Of a stretch of 64,000 nt of DNA, positions 1 through 13,000 are shown piece by piece. Under the pieces are notes generated by a model. It was not told the DNA's origin, did not search any database, and saw only the letters and a list, made by a program, of their open reading frames with translations. Numbering within the stretch: the first letter of the stretch is position 1; each line of letters starts with the position of its first letter. Origin of the DNA: Chiloscyllium plagiosum (lineage: Eukaryota); contig NC_057724.1 in assembly GCF_004010195.1 (NCBI RefSeq), positions 54,564,490-54,628,489 on the forward strand. The letters are read 5' to 3'. The position numbers were made by a program, and so were the translations under genes.

Positions 1-114
1 TAATCCCTCCCATCCACCCCCCCCCCTCCCCCAGCCCCTCTCCTGGGCAGCCGGACTGGACACCAACAGTAAGATTGCTGCTGCCTTTGGGGGAGTGAGT
101 AACAAAATAGCGCT

Positions 115-147
<33 letters not shown>

Positions 148-604
148 ATTGACAAGGACGTACATGGAATAGTGTAGGTTAGATGGGTTTCAGATTGGTA
201 TGACAGGTCGGCGCAACATCGCGGGCCGAAGGGCCTGTACTGCTCTGTAATGTTCTATGTTCTAAGTTCCACCTTCATCCTGTACAGGACAGTTGGAGAA
301 ATTACCTGCAGAAGGGGGTTTAGGGTACACCTCTACGTAGAACCCCATGAGAGTGTGGGAGGGAATAGAGAGAGAGGGATTGAGTAGTCAGTCATTTAGA
401 GACAGTGCCTGGGCTTCCATCGATATTCAGGACTGTTCTCGGCTGCATTTCTATAAGCCGTGTTCACATTTAATCATTATAAACAAAAGACTCGATCAGT
501 GATGAAACATCTCTTTGATGTAATGTTACTATCGAGACCTTGAGATCTCCTTCTGATAAACCGAAATTCAGATAATTGATATTTGGATAATCGAGGTGCC
601 TCTG
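1..604. mobile_element. End of a non-autonomous pogo/Tigger-like DNA transposon (other end outside window)
   Basis: Ends ...GGATAATCGAGGTGCCTCTG followed by TA (605-606), i.e. a CAG-starting TIR on the - strand with a TA target; sub-terminal GATAA repeats; abuts a Penelope-like repeat that starts at 605. Confidence 0.5.
150..265 (+). mobile_element. CR1 LINE 3' end
   Basis: GGGCCGAAGGGCCTGTACTG followed by (TGTTCTA)n tail typical of CR1 3' UTRs. Confidence 0.75.
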
Positions 605-2320
605 TATATTGAAAAAGACCTGGATTGTTTGTTAAGTCTCTCATCTTTTAGAATGACCATGTTGGTTCCAGTTCTTTATATATAAATCCCAGAACTTTTT
701 TTTTAAAGTTACATTCTCAAGTGAACTTTAAAAAGAGCAGCCATGTCGTCTCAGATAATGTACTGAAGGTGTGAGGATGTCTGACTGACTCTAATCTATA
801 AAAGGGATTTACAGAATCTTACATGGATTCATGCAGTCTTTGAGCAAATTAAAATATAATTCTGCAAGTACAAATTCACCCACAAACTTATATGTGTGCA
901 TGTACGTGTGGGCAGGGAGGCATATGAGTGTCTGTGAGAGATTGAGTGTATGTGTATGTGTGTGTGTACAAAGTTAAAAATCACACAACACCAGGTTATT
1001 GTCCAACAGATTTATTTGGAAGCACTAATTTTCAAAATCTTTCCACATTTTTGGAAACTATTTTTACAAGCCTGTTCAATGGTAATTTTATACAAGACAT
1101 ATCTGTGGTGCATGATTAGAATAAGTTCCTACACTCACACACATACACTATAATTCTGTGTCTTATGATCTTATACTCCACAACCACCTGATGAAGGAGC
1201 AGTGCTCCAAAAGTTAGTGCTTCCAAATAAACCTGTTGGGCTATAACCTGGTGTTGTGTGATTTTTAACTTTCTATACACCATTTCAACACTGGCACCTC
1301 CAAATCTTGTGAGTGTGAATGTAAAGGGGTATAAATCTGTGAGAGGCTGCATGTGTGGGTGTGAGTGTGGGAGTGCATGTGTGAGCGTATGAGAGAGAGC
1401 TTGTGTATGAGAGGGTCTGTGTGACTGTATGGGTCTGTAGGAGTGGCCCCTTTGTGTTGTTGGCTGTCCCAAGGTATGCCTTGGAAGATGGTCACCCAAA
1501 GTCAATTGTCCCAGACCACTGAAGTGTTCTCTGACTGGGAGGGAACACTCCGGACACCGGGTTCATGTCACACTACAGGTGACCCCACTGCACTACACAC
1601 ACACTCTCTCTCTCCCTCACACAGATACACATTCCTATAGACCCATACACTCATATAGACCCTCTCTCATACACAATCTCTCTCTCATACGCTCACTCAT
1701 GCACACTCCCACACTCACACCCACACACTCATCTTCTCACAAATTTATACCCCTTTACATTGATACTCACACACATACGCATACACACTCTCACAGACAC
1801 TCATACCCCCATACACACACACATGCACACCCACATGTACAAAGTCACATATGCTTTTGTGGGGTGAATTAGTACTTGCAGAATTATATTTTATTTTGCT
1901 CAAAACCTACATGAATCCATGTAGGATTCTGTAAATCCCTTTTTTAAAAATAGAGTCAGTCTGAACATTGGGGCACAGACAGCCTCACACAGGGCATCTC
2001 ACACCTTCAATGCATTATCTGAGATGACATGGCACCTATTGTTAAAGTTCATTTGAGAGTGTAACTTTAAAAAAGCTCTGGGATTTACATATGAAAGAAC
2101 TGAATCCAAAATCGTGATTTTAAAAGATGAGAAATTCAACAAACAATCCAGGTTTTTTTCAATATATAATTTCAGTTCATCACACTGTAAACTTTTGCTA
2201 TGAATTCTATGTCTTACGTTCTTATACTCCACAACCAGCTGATAAAGGAGTAGTGCTCTGAAAGCTAGTGCATCAAAATAAACCTGTTGGAGTATAACCT
2301 GTTGTGTGATTTTTAGCAAT
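605..2320. mobile_element. Cluster of Penelope-like element (family B) terminal-repeat segments in alternating orientation, with internal (CA/TG) compound microsatellite
   Basis: 605-965 is homologous to 21918-22300 and inverted relative to 1800-2170; repeat end AAAGTTAAAAATCACACAACACCAGG at 970 is inverted at 1150-1272 and 2200-2317; decayed hammerhead cores at 1188-1219 and 2239-2270. Confidence 0.8.
1436..1552 (-). pseudogene. Penelope GIY-YIG endonuclease C-terminal relic
   Basis: Minus strand reads ECSLPVREHFSGLGQ..., matching the LPVxxHF motif at the end of Penelope ORFs. Confidence 0.65.
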
Positions 2321-2511
2321 CAGCTTAAGTTACCTTCCTCTACTGAAATTGAAGTATTTTCTTTCAAGTGTAAGGATTAACCAAAAATGTCACAGTCCCA
2401 TGGACATTAGATATGACATATGCAACTTGCAAGTTTCAGCTTTTGTCTTTGTTTGACAATAAACATTACTGTAGTGTTATGCACTAACTTTGTGTTTACA
2501 ATCTGCCGAAC

Positions 2512-2791
2512 CAGAGGACACATTTAGGACAGAGATGAGGAGAAACTTCTTCACCCAGAGAGTGGTGGCTATGTGGAATGCTCTGCCCCAGAGGGCAGTG
2601 GAGGCCCAGTCTCTGGATTCATTTAAGAAAGAGTTGGATAGAGCTCTCAAGGATTGTGGAATCAAGGGTTATGGAGATAAGGCAGGAACAGGATACTGAT
2701 TAAGGATGATCAGCCATGATCATATTGAATGGTGGTGCAGGCTCGAAGGGCAGAATGGCCTACTCCTGCACCTATTGTCTATTGTCTATTA
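2512..2791 (+). mobile_element. CR1 LINE 3' end (ORF2 C-terminus + 3' UTR)
   Basis: ORF 2490-2699 FRTEMRRNFFTQRVVAMWNALPQRAVEAQSLDSFKKELD; (CTATTGT)n tail. Confidence 0.9.
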
Positions 2792-3074
2792 TCTTATTCC
2801 ATTCATTGTTTTGCACAAGGTCTACTTACAAGAAAGCTGTTAGATACATTAAATTGTGATGGAGAATAATTGGGTTCCTGATTTCTGACATGGTAACAAA
2901 TATAGGGTTATAGGATTATAGAAAACACAGCACAGAAGGAAATCATTTGCCTGATTGCATCTACAATGGCTTTTCCAAATAGCAATCCAGTTAGTCTACT
3001 CCTCTGCTCCTTTGCCACATTCCTGCATTTTTTTATTTCAAGCATTTATGCAATTCTCTTCTGAAAGTTACTTT

Positions 3075-3440
3075 TCCTTTCTTTATTCGTTCATGGCATA
3101 TGGATGCCACTGGCTAGGTCAGCATTTATTGCCCATCCCTAGTTTCCCTAGAGATCAATTAAGAGTCAACCACATTGCTGTAGATTTGGAGTTACATGTA
3201 GGCCTGACAAGGTAAGGACAACAGATTTCTGACCCTAAAGGATGTTAATGAACCAGAGTTTTTTTTTATATGACAGTCCACAGTAGCTGCTTGGTCACTG
3301 TTAGGCTAGATTTTGATTGCAAATTTTGTTTTTATTGAATTCAAATTTCACCATCTGTGGTAATGGGATTCAATCCATGTCCTTGTAACATTAGACTGGA
3401 GGTCAGGATTGCTAGTTCAGAGATATTGCCAGTATGCAAC
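3075..3440 (-). mobile_element. tRNA-derived SINE, second family (partial copies also near 49060-49230 - and 61985-62100 +)
   Basis: tRNA-like A/B-box head at the right end on the - strand; core GGTAAGGA...CCCTAAAGGA shared with 49195-49230; tail AGCATTTATTGCCCATCCCT. Confidence 0.65.
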
Positions 3441-3880
3441 TGAATTTGTATCCACCCACCTGGTTTAGCATCAGATTCTAAATCCAAATGTACATAAAAA
3501 TGTTTTCCTCACATTGCCCCGCTTCTTTTGCCAATTACCTAAAATCTGAGTTTTCTGGTTCTCAACACTCGTGTCATCAGAAATATTGGACACAATTTCT
3601 TATTTTTTCTTTTGCTAAGTGTTCTTTTGAGTGAGATTCAAGGTGCCCAGTCTTCCATGGCACATGGTGACTTTTCTCATGCAGTCTTCCACCCTTCATC
3701 TCATGAATTGTGGAGCCATTCTCTGTTGTGCCTGTATTGTTCAATCATGGAGCACTCGCTGGGCTCTGCACCATGCATGCTGCAGCTGCTATATTCAAAC
3801 CTCAGCTCCACAGCATTTTCAATGCTTCAAATCTGGAACTACTCCTCACACTGTGGTCCTGCACTGGTATCATCCAGGAA

Positions 3881-4105
3881 ATGCCTAAAAAATACCAGTT
3901 CGCAGACAGGGATCTGGAGATACCAGTGGATGGGGTAGTAGGGGAGGATGGTTGGACTGAGCATTTTCCTGCTGATGAACATCATAGACTATGCCACCAG
4001 ACTCCACCAAACTGGACAAAAATAGAGGCATGAGTCAATGCAGTGTCCTGGTGAAACAATGCACAGCAGTGCAGGAAGAAGGTTAACGTTTTATGCTCTG
4101 CAAAG
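3881..4105 (+). pseudogene. Myb/SANT-like DNA-binding ORF relic of a PIF/Harbinger transposon
   Basis: MPKKYQFADRDLEIPVDGV...WTKIEA*VNAVSW*NNAQQCRKKVN resembles the Myb_DNA-bind_5 pattern F..dLE.Lv..v...W..ia..vn..s...r...qCrKk.n; in-frame stops; paralogous to 26199-26434. Confidence 0.65.
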
Positions 4106-4749
4106 GTTAAATACCACCATCTTCTTTCCACTTCCTCACATTCCCAGGATCACCATGCACTTGACATTGCACAAGCTTCTCACCAAGGCTTATGCAGTAC
4201 AACTCCCATTATTGCAAGCATCATGTCCATCATGTAGTTCTCACCCATCTTATCCTGCCAAGCTGGTAACCCTTCCTGCTTTTTGCTCTTCCTACTCACC
4301 TGCATTATCATGAGCTGGAATAGTGTATTGGAAATTAATGTCCACTACTCCACAGGTCATCAGAAATTTAAAGTATGACCAATTTATTTCCCAGAGTGGT
4401 TAATGCTTGACTGCAATTATGGTCTAACATAAATTAATCTCACAACAGGTTTCATCAGTGAACAAGAAAATAACTTATTTATTATAACAAACTTATCCTC
4501 CAACGTGTGATAGAAACAGATCATTAAAAACTAATCAGTATCTTCTTTAAATTCAAACAGATACATACAGACACATTCATTCACACATAACACTGACAGA
4601 TAGGCAAAACAAACAATTTTTTTGGGAATATCACGGGTGGAAATTTTAAACATTAAAGGCATAAATTCAATGTCCAAATTAAAAAAAGGATGGAATAAGG
4701 TAACTTATCTCACAGACATAACCTGTATTTGTACTGTGATCCTAAGAGA

Positions 4750-4945
4750 TGTAGAAATGACAACGAGGCCTGTGGGTTTGGGATCTCATCCTTCTCTCCT
4801 GCCTCCTCAGGGGGGTCTTCACCTCGTGCTCCTCCCTCTGGAGGCTGTCTCCAGTCACTGGAGGTTGCTTTTCTTTCCATTGAAATTGCTCTATCCTTCA
4901 ACATTGTCTTTGCATTGAAACAAAACCATAGGGATTCCACCTATG
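4750..4945 (-). pseudogene. Possible Harbinger transposase acidic C-terminal relic
   Basis: MERKATSSD...EEAGEKDE resembles the acidic tail seen at 52460-52626; convergent with the Myb relic at 3881. Confidence 0.3.
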
Positions 4946-6129
4946 GTGACTTCCTAGTCAGACGCATGAGGTTATTATCTGTGGGGAATTTTCAGAATGA
5001 GAAAATCATTTCAGAAAGTTTACACTTGAGCTCTCACATCTCACACTGAATGTAACTATAAGATCGGATCCTGCTACTTTTATGATGACCATATAGAGCA
5101 ATATTGAGGATGAATTTGTAACAAACAGTGTACTTTGATGTCTAAGCCTGAAAACATTTCTTCACATTTCCTTGTGCCTTAAATTCAAACTCATAGTATA
5201 GCATTAAATCACATGATAAAAGACAGATGGGTAGCCTTGCTGAATCAGTGAATGTGAGATTAATTCAATTGCTCCAGCTGTGCTTTAAATTAAACCAATT
5301 TTATTCCATTCCAAAGAGAAAACCAGTAACTTACTCAGCCCACTCAGCATACATTGGCAGACATTTTATGTATCATTATCATGAATTGACCTTGGATTGA
5401 AGATAGCAAGGTTTCAACTTGATGTTCTTGTGAGGAACTTGCAGATTCTTCCTGAGATATAGCTTAATTCCCCCATTCCTTCATGTTCCCTTTTGTGATG
5501 CTATCCGTGTATGCAAAATAATCTGTCAGCCCCCCGTTTCCTTTCCACCCCTTTTTGTAACTGTTGTCTCCCCAGCCCTCAACTTTGCAAATTGCCATGC
5601 CCTTGTTGGCCATATACTGCCCTCATGTAGAGGCCAAAATGATTGTGAAAAATGAACCCAACCTCCCTCCCAGAGCTCCCCATTCCCCCCCATACTCTAT
5701 GAAATCTCACACTTCTTTCTTGAATTGCCCTATTTCACTATAATCATTACCTTTCTGGCCCAGTTCAATAAACTCTATTGCTAGTCTTGATTTTTTCACT
5801 TTCCACAGGACTCTCTATGAACTTCCCTTTGATACGCCTCCAAGACTCATCAGGAGCCACCTCCTGGATTACAATGGCAGGCCAACTTTGAATGAGAAAG
5901 GCCCAGCTCTAGAGAATTGTCTCCAAAGCATCCTGACTAATGTAATTGTAAGCCCCAGACTGGTTGAACTTGACCTGCTAGAACGCTTAGTGACCAATCC
6001 CTTGAACTGAAATTGGATGAAATACTTTACAGACTGTGGAGGTACACCTGAATAATGGTAGCCATTTGATTGAAGCACATGCACTGCATTTGCTGCATAA
6101 CTTTTAGCACCATTCATGACCCCTCAGAT

Positions 6130-6330
6130 ACTGAGGCATCTATGTTCATATTTCGTGAGTCCTGGAGTACATCCATGCTTGGGTTGATAAGTGTCAAATA
6201 ACATTTGCACTACCCAGGTGCCAGGCAATGTCTATCCCCAACAATAGAGAATCTAACCATCATAATGAATGATATTGCCATCGCTGAATCTCCTACTGAA
6301 GAGTCCACTTAATAACCATTGACTAGTACC
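6130..6330 (+). mobile_element. CR1/L2-clade LINE RT C-terminal fragment
   Basis: WVDKCQITFALPRCQAMSIPNNRESNH resembles the W...WqvtFap.KCqam motif after the RT domain. Confidence 0.55.
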
Positions 6331-9169
6331 TGAACCGATATATCCATTTCAGTATTCAGAAATGCTTCCCTTCTTTTTGCATATCACGATCACTACCTCA
6401 TTCAATATGAACTTGGTTAAAGTCTCTGACTATCAGTATTCCTTAGTTCTTGCACTTCTTAATAATTATCTTGCAAATCTGCTCCTCTGACTCCTTTAGC
6501 TGGCCTGTTGAATACAGCGGGTATTGGAATAACTCCCATATTATTACTTAACTAAATAGATTCTGATTTTTAACCCTGAAGGATATTTTACTTATCCAAT
6601 ATTATAATCTTTATTACGATCAAAATTGTTGCCCCTTCTTTGTTTGCTTCCATGTCTTTGTACAGGCCTATTAAACATCTGATATTTCCTTTTTGTCAGC
6701 CAGGCCTTGGTTATGCCAACTACATAACAAATAGTTATTTGTATCTTCTGCTCACCAGCCTTATCTATATTTTAACAAAGGCGCTATTACAGTGTATGGG
6801 ATGAGGATAATTGTCTCCAAAGCATTTGTTTCCTTATTTTGCCAAAGAACAAGAAATGATGAGGAATTGGCATTGTATTCTACTCTCCTCCAGATTTCAC
6901 AATCAGAAAATTCAGTTCTTGATGGCAAGAGGAAGTACAATAAGGGCCAAGTGGGTCGTGTGGCACAATGATCGTGTACTAACTCTGAGTCAGAAGCTCC
7001 ATGTTCAAATATCACCTCAGGCCCTGATGATCATGAAAAGTCTGCCATAGTACAGCCAAACATGTTGTTTCCCAACTGGTAAAACCCTCTGACACCCTTA
7101 AAATCAGGAGAGTTTCCAGGTCACCCAGAACCTTGTGGCAGCATTCCTACATTAACATACTCCATGCTTAAGTTCTTGTCATGAGCCATCGTCATCTTCC
7201 TTCTGAGGAACTAAACCACACACAGTGCAACAAATGCCACAGATGCAGGTGAGGCAGGCTGCAAGACACTAGTACTACATTCTGAGACCCAGTACATTTG
7301 TGAACATTGTGCACCTATCTATTCATAAATGATCTATGAACTCTTTTCAAAGCTAAACAAGGATTCCCGTATCTTCCTTCTCATAAAGGTGAATTAACCA
7401 CTAAAGAAAACAAAAGGTTACAAATGTTAAACATATTTTCAAAATATTATGACAACATACCATTTAGGAAATGTTTGAATGCTGCATCAGCTAGATTTTA
7501 AATATTTCATTTGAACTTTTTTTTGTACTGGGTTCAAAAGTTGGTAGATTTGTTGTCCATTACGTTTCTATGACTACTCAGGTTCTGCAGCTCTGAAGAG
7601 GAATCAGAAAGTCAGCACACATTCCTTGCTTTCATGTTAAATGATGGAACTGCTGAATTATATATGTCCTAATGTTAATCTTTAATTTCATACACATCTT
7701 GTCACTAATACAGGTTATCAGTAGGTTCACAATGCATCTCACTGGCCTAACAGTGAGAAAGAATAGGAAAGCAAATAAAATGCTGAATATTTGAAGAGCT
7801 TAATATCAGACCTGAATCCTGAATCCCTGCTGATGAATTGGTTGTATAATTTACTGCTTTATTACTGATTTCACTGCATTGTACAGAGATGAAATAGGCT
7901 TTAATTTCTTGTACCATGTAACAGCAGAAGTGGTGACAATTACAGTTATTTTGCTGGGATCCTTGTATTGGTTCTTCTATTAACATAGAACTATTGATTT
8001 CTGCTAAACAAACATTCACAACACCTTTTGTCTATCCAGCTGATGCCAGAACACATTGTGATCTATTTATTGGGTAAACTCAGGAAAGGAACTTTTGGTT
8101 TAAACTCAGTCTTTTTTTCTCGCGGTCACAAAATTAATTTGCTGGTCATTAAATTAAACCATCCAAATAGCACAGGCAAATGAAAATTGTGCACCGTAAA
8201 TCAATTAACAGATCATCTGAATTCAGAATAGAGTAAATGAAACAGAATGTAAAAAAATAAGGCTGTACTAGAGGCTATCACGTACTATTGAATTGAATCA
8301 TTTAAGGCTTTGATTTTTCCCACAACAGAGATTGTTTGCACCAAAGTTAAAATGCTGGAAGAAGTTGCAAATCCCAATGCTTTCTCATAAACCCAGCATC
8401 TTTGTGAGGTCAGGTTTGGGAGCAGTCTACTGTTCACATATAGTGGACAGAGACAGGTGGATGAGAATCTGTGGGGGTGAGGGGGTGTGAGCAGGAGGAT
8501 GTTTTATATTTTAATCTTTATCTTTAAACATTGAAAAGAGTGCAGGAGCACCAAGACAAACTTTCAACCAAGCCCGCCTCTGAAACTAGCAGTCACTTAC
8601 ACTCTTTCTCAGTTTGCCTGGCCCAATCCAGTCCACCCCACCAGACTGAAAATCGGAAAGAAGAATGGCCATTTTTAACAGCTGGGTTCATGGAGTTGAG
8701 ATTTCTACTGCTTCTGCACCCACTAGCTGGGAATCCTGAATCCTGAATCAAAATTGAAAAATGTTAAAATAAATTAAAGCAAATTGTGACGTAGTGTTTA
8801 CCTTATATGAACATGGCTAATAAAGCCGATGGACTTGAGGTGTATTGTATTTCAGTTATATTCCTTTACTGCCAATGTTAACAAAGTAATTGGCCTATTT
8901 ATTTTCAACATGTTACAGACTTTATTGGGAACTAGTCCTAAACATAATGTTTCGTGTAATTTGCTACCAAAGTCAAAATGTCAAATGGGAACTATGAAGA
9001 AAGGTGTTGTTTTAAAGGAGGAGAAGGCAATCTCAAAGGGATGCTCTTGAATAGCCAGCAGTGGGTGACAAGATTTGTAAGAGTTTATAAGATGCTGTTA
9101 GGACTGCTGAAATGGATGTTCTACCAAATCAGTACCTATGAGTTTCAAATTAGTGCTGAAAATATATGA

Positions 9170-10545
9170 AGTCATGAGGAACAGTGCCAGGAGTAAGCTA
9201 TTTAGTCCCTTGAACCTGCTCCTGGCTGATTTGATAATGTCCTCAACTGCACTTTCCTGTCTGCATCCCCCACACTTAATCTTCAACTCCTTTGTAAATC
9301 AATAATCTGTCTAATTTAGCCTTGAATATATTCAGTGATCCAACCTCTACTGCTCACTAGGGAAGAGAGTTACAAAAGCTAATGACCCACTGAAAAAAGA
9401 TACCTTATTTTTAAACTTTGTCCCTAGTTCTGGATTCCTACACAAGAGTAGACATCTCTCAGCATCTACCCTGTAAAGTTTACTCAGAATTTTATATTTT
9501 CAATAAGATCACCTCTCGTTCTGCTCAACTTCAACCACGTAGCATGATAGCTCAGTGGCTAGGACCCAGGTTCGATTCCACTCTTGGCTGATTGTCTGTG
9601 TCGAGTTTGCACATTTTCTCATATCTGCGTGGTTTTCCTCTGGGTGTTTTGGTTTCCTCCCACAGTCCAAAGATGTGCAGGTTAGGTGGATTAGCCATGG
9701 GAAATGCAGCACTATAGTGTAGGGGGTGGTATTGGTAGGATGCTCTTTGAAGGATTGATATGGGCAGAATTGCCTGCATCCACACTACAGGGATGCTATC
9801 ATTCAATGACTGTATGTCCACGTGCTTAATGTTTCCCCACAAGATAAGACTGGCAGCCTAGGGAACCTTCTCTGAACTCTTCCAATGCAAGTTGATCCAT
9901 CTTTAGGTAAGGTGACCAAAACTACACTCAGTACCCCAGGATGGTCCCACTGATATGCTTTATAGTTATAGCAAGGCTTTCCTACTTCAATGCAGCACCT
10001 CACCCCTTGTAATAAAGACCAATATACAATTTGCCTTCCTGATTACACAGTGTACCTGCAGTTGTTGTTTGCGATTCATGTACAAGGACACCCAGATCCC
10101 TTTGTACAACAGCATTCTGGAACCTATCTCCATTTAAATAATATTCTGGCATTTAACCTATCTATGAAAATGTAGAATGCCACAATTTATTCCATGTGCC
10201 AAATTTGTGCTCACTCACTTTACCTATCTGTATCATTTTGCAGACTCTTTATATCCTCCTTATAGCTTGCTTTCCTACCTATCATCCTGTTTTTAAGAAA
10301 ACTAGCTACAAAGAAATCTGTCACTACATGCAAGTCATTGATATAAATTGCAAATAGTTGACATCCCAGCACTAATCCCTGAGGCACTCCAGTAGTTAGA
10401 GTTTTTCATCCTGAAAATGACTGATTAAGCCCAACTGTTTGCTGCCTGTTGGCTAATCAGCCCTATATCCATATTGGTAGAAGAGCTCCAAAACCATAAC
10501 CTTTTATCTTGTGAAGTATTCTGTCATTGGCATATTACCAAATAT
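9170..10545 (-). mobile_element. CR1 LINE 3' part, interrupted by an HE1 SINE
   Basis: Minus-strand peptides (IGRVQRRFPRL) and CR1 3' UTR at 9170-9300. Confidence 0.8.
9539..9812 (+). mobile_element. HE1-like V-SINE
   Basis: tRNA head TAGCTCAGTGG...GGTTCGATTCC, V-domain GAGTTTGCACATT...TTTCCTCCCACAGTCCAAAGATGTGCAGG. Confidence 0.85.
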
Positions 10546-11485
10546 CTGTAACGTGGGAACTCTATATAAATAAGGCTGCATTGGCAGTGCTGGCCATCTG
10601 TTTTGTTAGTAGATCAAACTGCATTCATGCTGAGAGAGAGCAGTAGGATATTTTTATTATAAAAATGATCGATATACTGTCTTATTTTCTGCAGTGTCCA
10701 GCTGATAAAAAATAACCCTCAGAACTTTTGAGAAGAGAATGAACAATTGGACAAGAGAACAAGAGATAACATTGTAGTCACTAGTACTCAACAGGAAATT
10801 CTTACTTTCTGCTCCTTCCACTTGTACTTCCATTACAGTGTTTGTGCTTCTGTGCACCACAAGTAATCCCACAGCTTCTTTGTTAACTAGGCTTTCATTG
10901 ATTTATGAGAAAGAATGAGCCACTTCTATTTTAATCACAGCAATTTAAAACGTATGTATTAAACTATTGAGAATGCTGCTTAAGCTTCAGATCAATTCTT
11001 ATAAATATTACATGTTCAGAATTTTCATATGTAGAAGAAACAAGCCTGATGTAATATGTATTTTATTCTTCAATCTTCTTTTCTAAAATGAATAGCATTG
11101 TTTTAGAGAACAGTATTTTGAATTGTTTTTTCAAGAAATCTATGAATGTCACAGAGGTGTGAAGAGGTGTAAAGGGCTGAAAAGGTTAATGCTGAAGACT
11201 ACCTTAAGCACTACCCACTATATTGGTGTCATATGGACTTAGTAGGAGAACAGCTTAGGACCTCGAAGGAGTAAAACCTACCAATTAGGTTTTGCCCATA
11301 ATCTCTGCAACAGTATCTATCAGATCAGTGTTATTTGTACATAGTTGCTATCTTGAATAAACTACAGCTTACTTAAGGCTAGAACCTCTTCACTTTAGAG
11401 AGCTTGGTGGTTTCCCCTTCCCATAAAGGACCAACAGACTCTGTAGATTGCTACTTTGAAAGATGATGGCAACAAATCTACCTTA

Positions 11486-11798
11486 TTAGGTTAGATTACA
11501 TTATAGTATGGAAACAGGCCCTTCGGCCCAACAAGTCCACACCGACCCGCCGAAGCGCAACGCACCCATACCCCTACATTTACCCCTTACCTAAAACTAC
11601 GGGCAATTTAGTACGGCCAATTCACCTGACCTGCACATCATTGGACTGTGGGAGGAAACCGGAGCACCCGGAGGAAACCCACGCAGACACGGGGAGAACG
11701 TGCAAACTCCACACAGTCAGTCGCCTGAGGCGGGAATTGAACCCAGGTCTCTGGCGCTGTGAGGCAGCAGTGCTAACCACTGTGCCACCGTGCCGCCC
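11486..11798 (-). mobile_element. HE1-like V-SINE, full length, young
   Basis: Minus strand starts GGGCGGCACGGTGGCACAGTGGTTAGCACTGCTGCC; intact CpGs; nearly identical to 40601-40906; (AATCT)n tail. Confidence 0.95.
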
Positions 11799-12166
11799 AT
11801 GGTGAGCAATAGTACAGAGAGCTCATACAACATGATCAGCAATGGCAGGGATTGTTCAGACATCAGCAGGTTCCTAAGCAATCTCTTTTCATGACTTGTT
11901 ACAATTGTTACAGTCTCCACAGAAAAATTCAATTGCTTTCTTGGCAATGTCTAATTCTCAAATTATATTGTTTAATGTTGATTGTCTTTTGCACATGACA
12001 TTATTCTAAAAGAAACACAAATAAAACAGGTTCAATATTTTTTGAGTATGATTTCTGTTAGACCCAAAGAGGTATATGTCTTGATTTTGACAGTGTAAAA
12101 TGAGTCAGCAGCCAATTTTACATCTGTTTAATTTTTATTTCTGTTGGTATTATTTGATTCACTGTA

Positions 12167-13000
12167 CAGGAGGTCCCTGGGTTATGAACAAGTTCCATTT
12201 TTAAGTCTGTTTGTAAGTTGAATTTGTAAGTAAGTAGGAACAGTTATGCACGGTTCACATCCAGCGTCAATTAGTCAAATGTTTGTCTTAGTACATAGTA
12301 TATATTTTACCTAAAACATCTTCAATATAATAATACAGTAATGATAATAATAAATGTAACTTCAGTACAGTACAGTATTTATAATTGAGAGAGAGAGAAT
12401 GTGTGTGTGTAGGTATAAGCAAAACTAAAGAAACATTCCTTAGTCTTAGGGTGGAATGGTAGCTCAGTGGTTAGCCCTGCTGCCTCATAGCGCCAGGGTC
12501 CCAGGTTTGATTCCAGCCTCGGGTGACTGCGTGTCTGGAGTTTGCACATTCTCCCTGTGTCTGCCTGGGTTTCCTCCCACAGTCACAAAGATGTGCAGGT
12601 CAGGTGAATTGGCCATGCTAAATTACCCGTAATGTTAGGTGCATTAGTCAGAGGGAAATGGGCCTGGGTGGGTTATTCGTCAGTTGGGCCGAAGGGCCTG
12701 TTTTCACGCTGTAGGGGATCTAATCTAAACTGTTTAGATAGAAAAGATAATGAGTAAAGGTTAACACTTAATCTCATTCCAATAGATGTCTTGCATACTG
12801 GAAGGGGCCTTAATTAATCATTAAGATAACTTTATTAGTTGGAAGATGGGCCTGGTGTTGGAGACGATGGACCTGGTGTTGGAGAGTCAGGGATTAATAC
12901 TGCTACTGGACAGTCAGGTCTGATTCTGCTGCTGGACAGTGGGGGTTTACTTCTGAAGTCAATTTTTTACAGGAAACATCAAGGGTGGCTTGAACAGAGC
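12167..13000 (-). mobile_element. Tigger/pogo DNA transposon relic (one TIR + transposase C-terminus), with nested HE1 SINE
   Basis: TA|CAGGAGGTCCCTGGGTTATGAACAAGTTCCATTTTTAAGTCTGTTTGTAAGTTGAATTTG resembles Tigger TIRs; minus strand SVQATLDV...PDSPTPGPSSPTPGPSSN* resembles the QTTLD...PGPS tail of pogo transposases. Confidence 0.6.
12449..12728 (+). mobile_element. HE1-like V-SINE
   Basis: tRNA head, V-domain, GGGCCGAAGGGCCTG tail with ATCTAATCTAA. Confidence 0.9.

Noticed and set aside
5335-5452. Minus-strand exon candidate with GTAAGT donor
   Set aside because: All three frames contain stops; acceptor weak
11725-11798. tRNA genes at SINE heads (also 45140-45220 and others)
   Set aside because: A/B boxes belong to tRNA-derived SINEs; no complete cloverleaf evident
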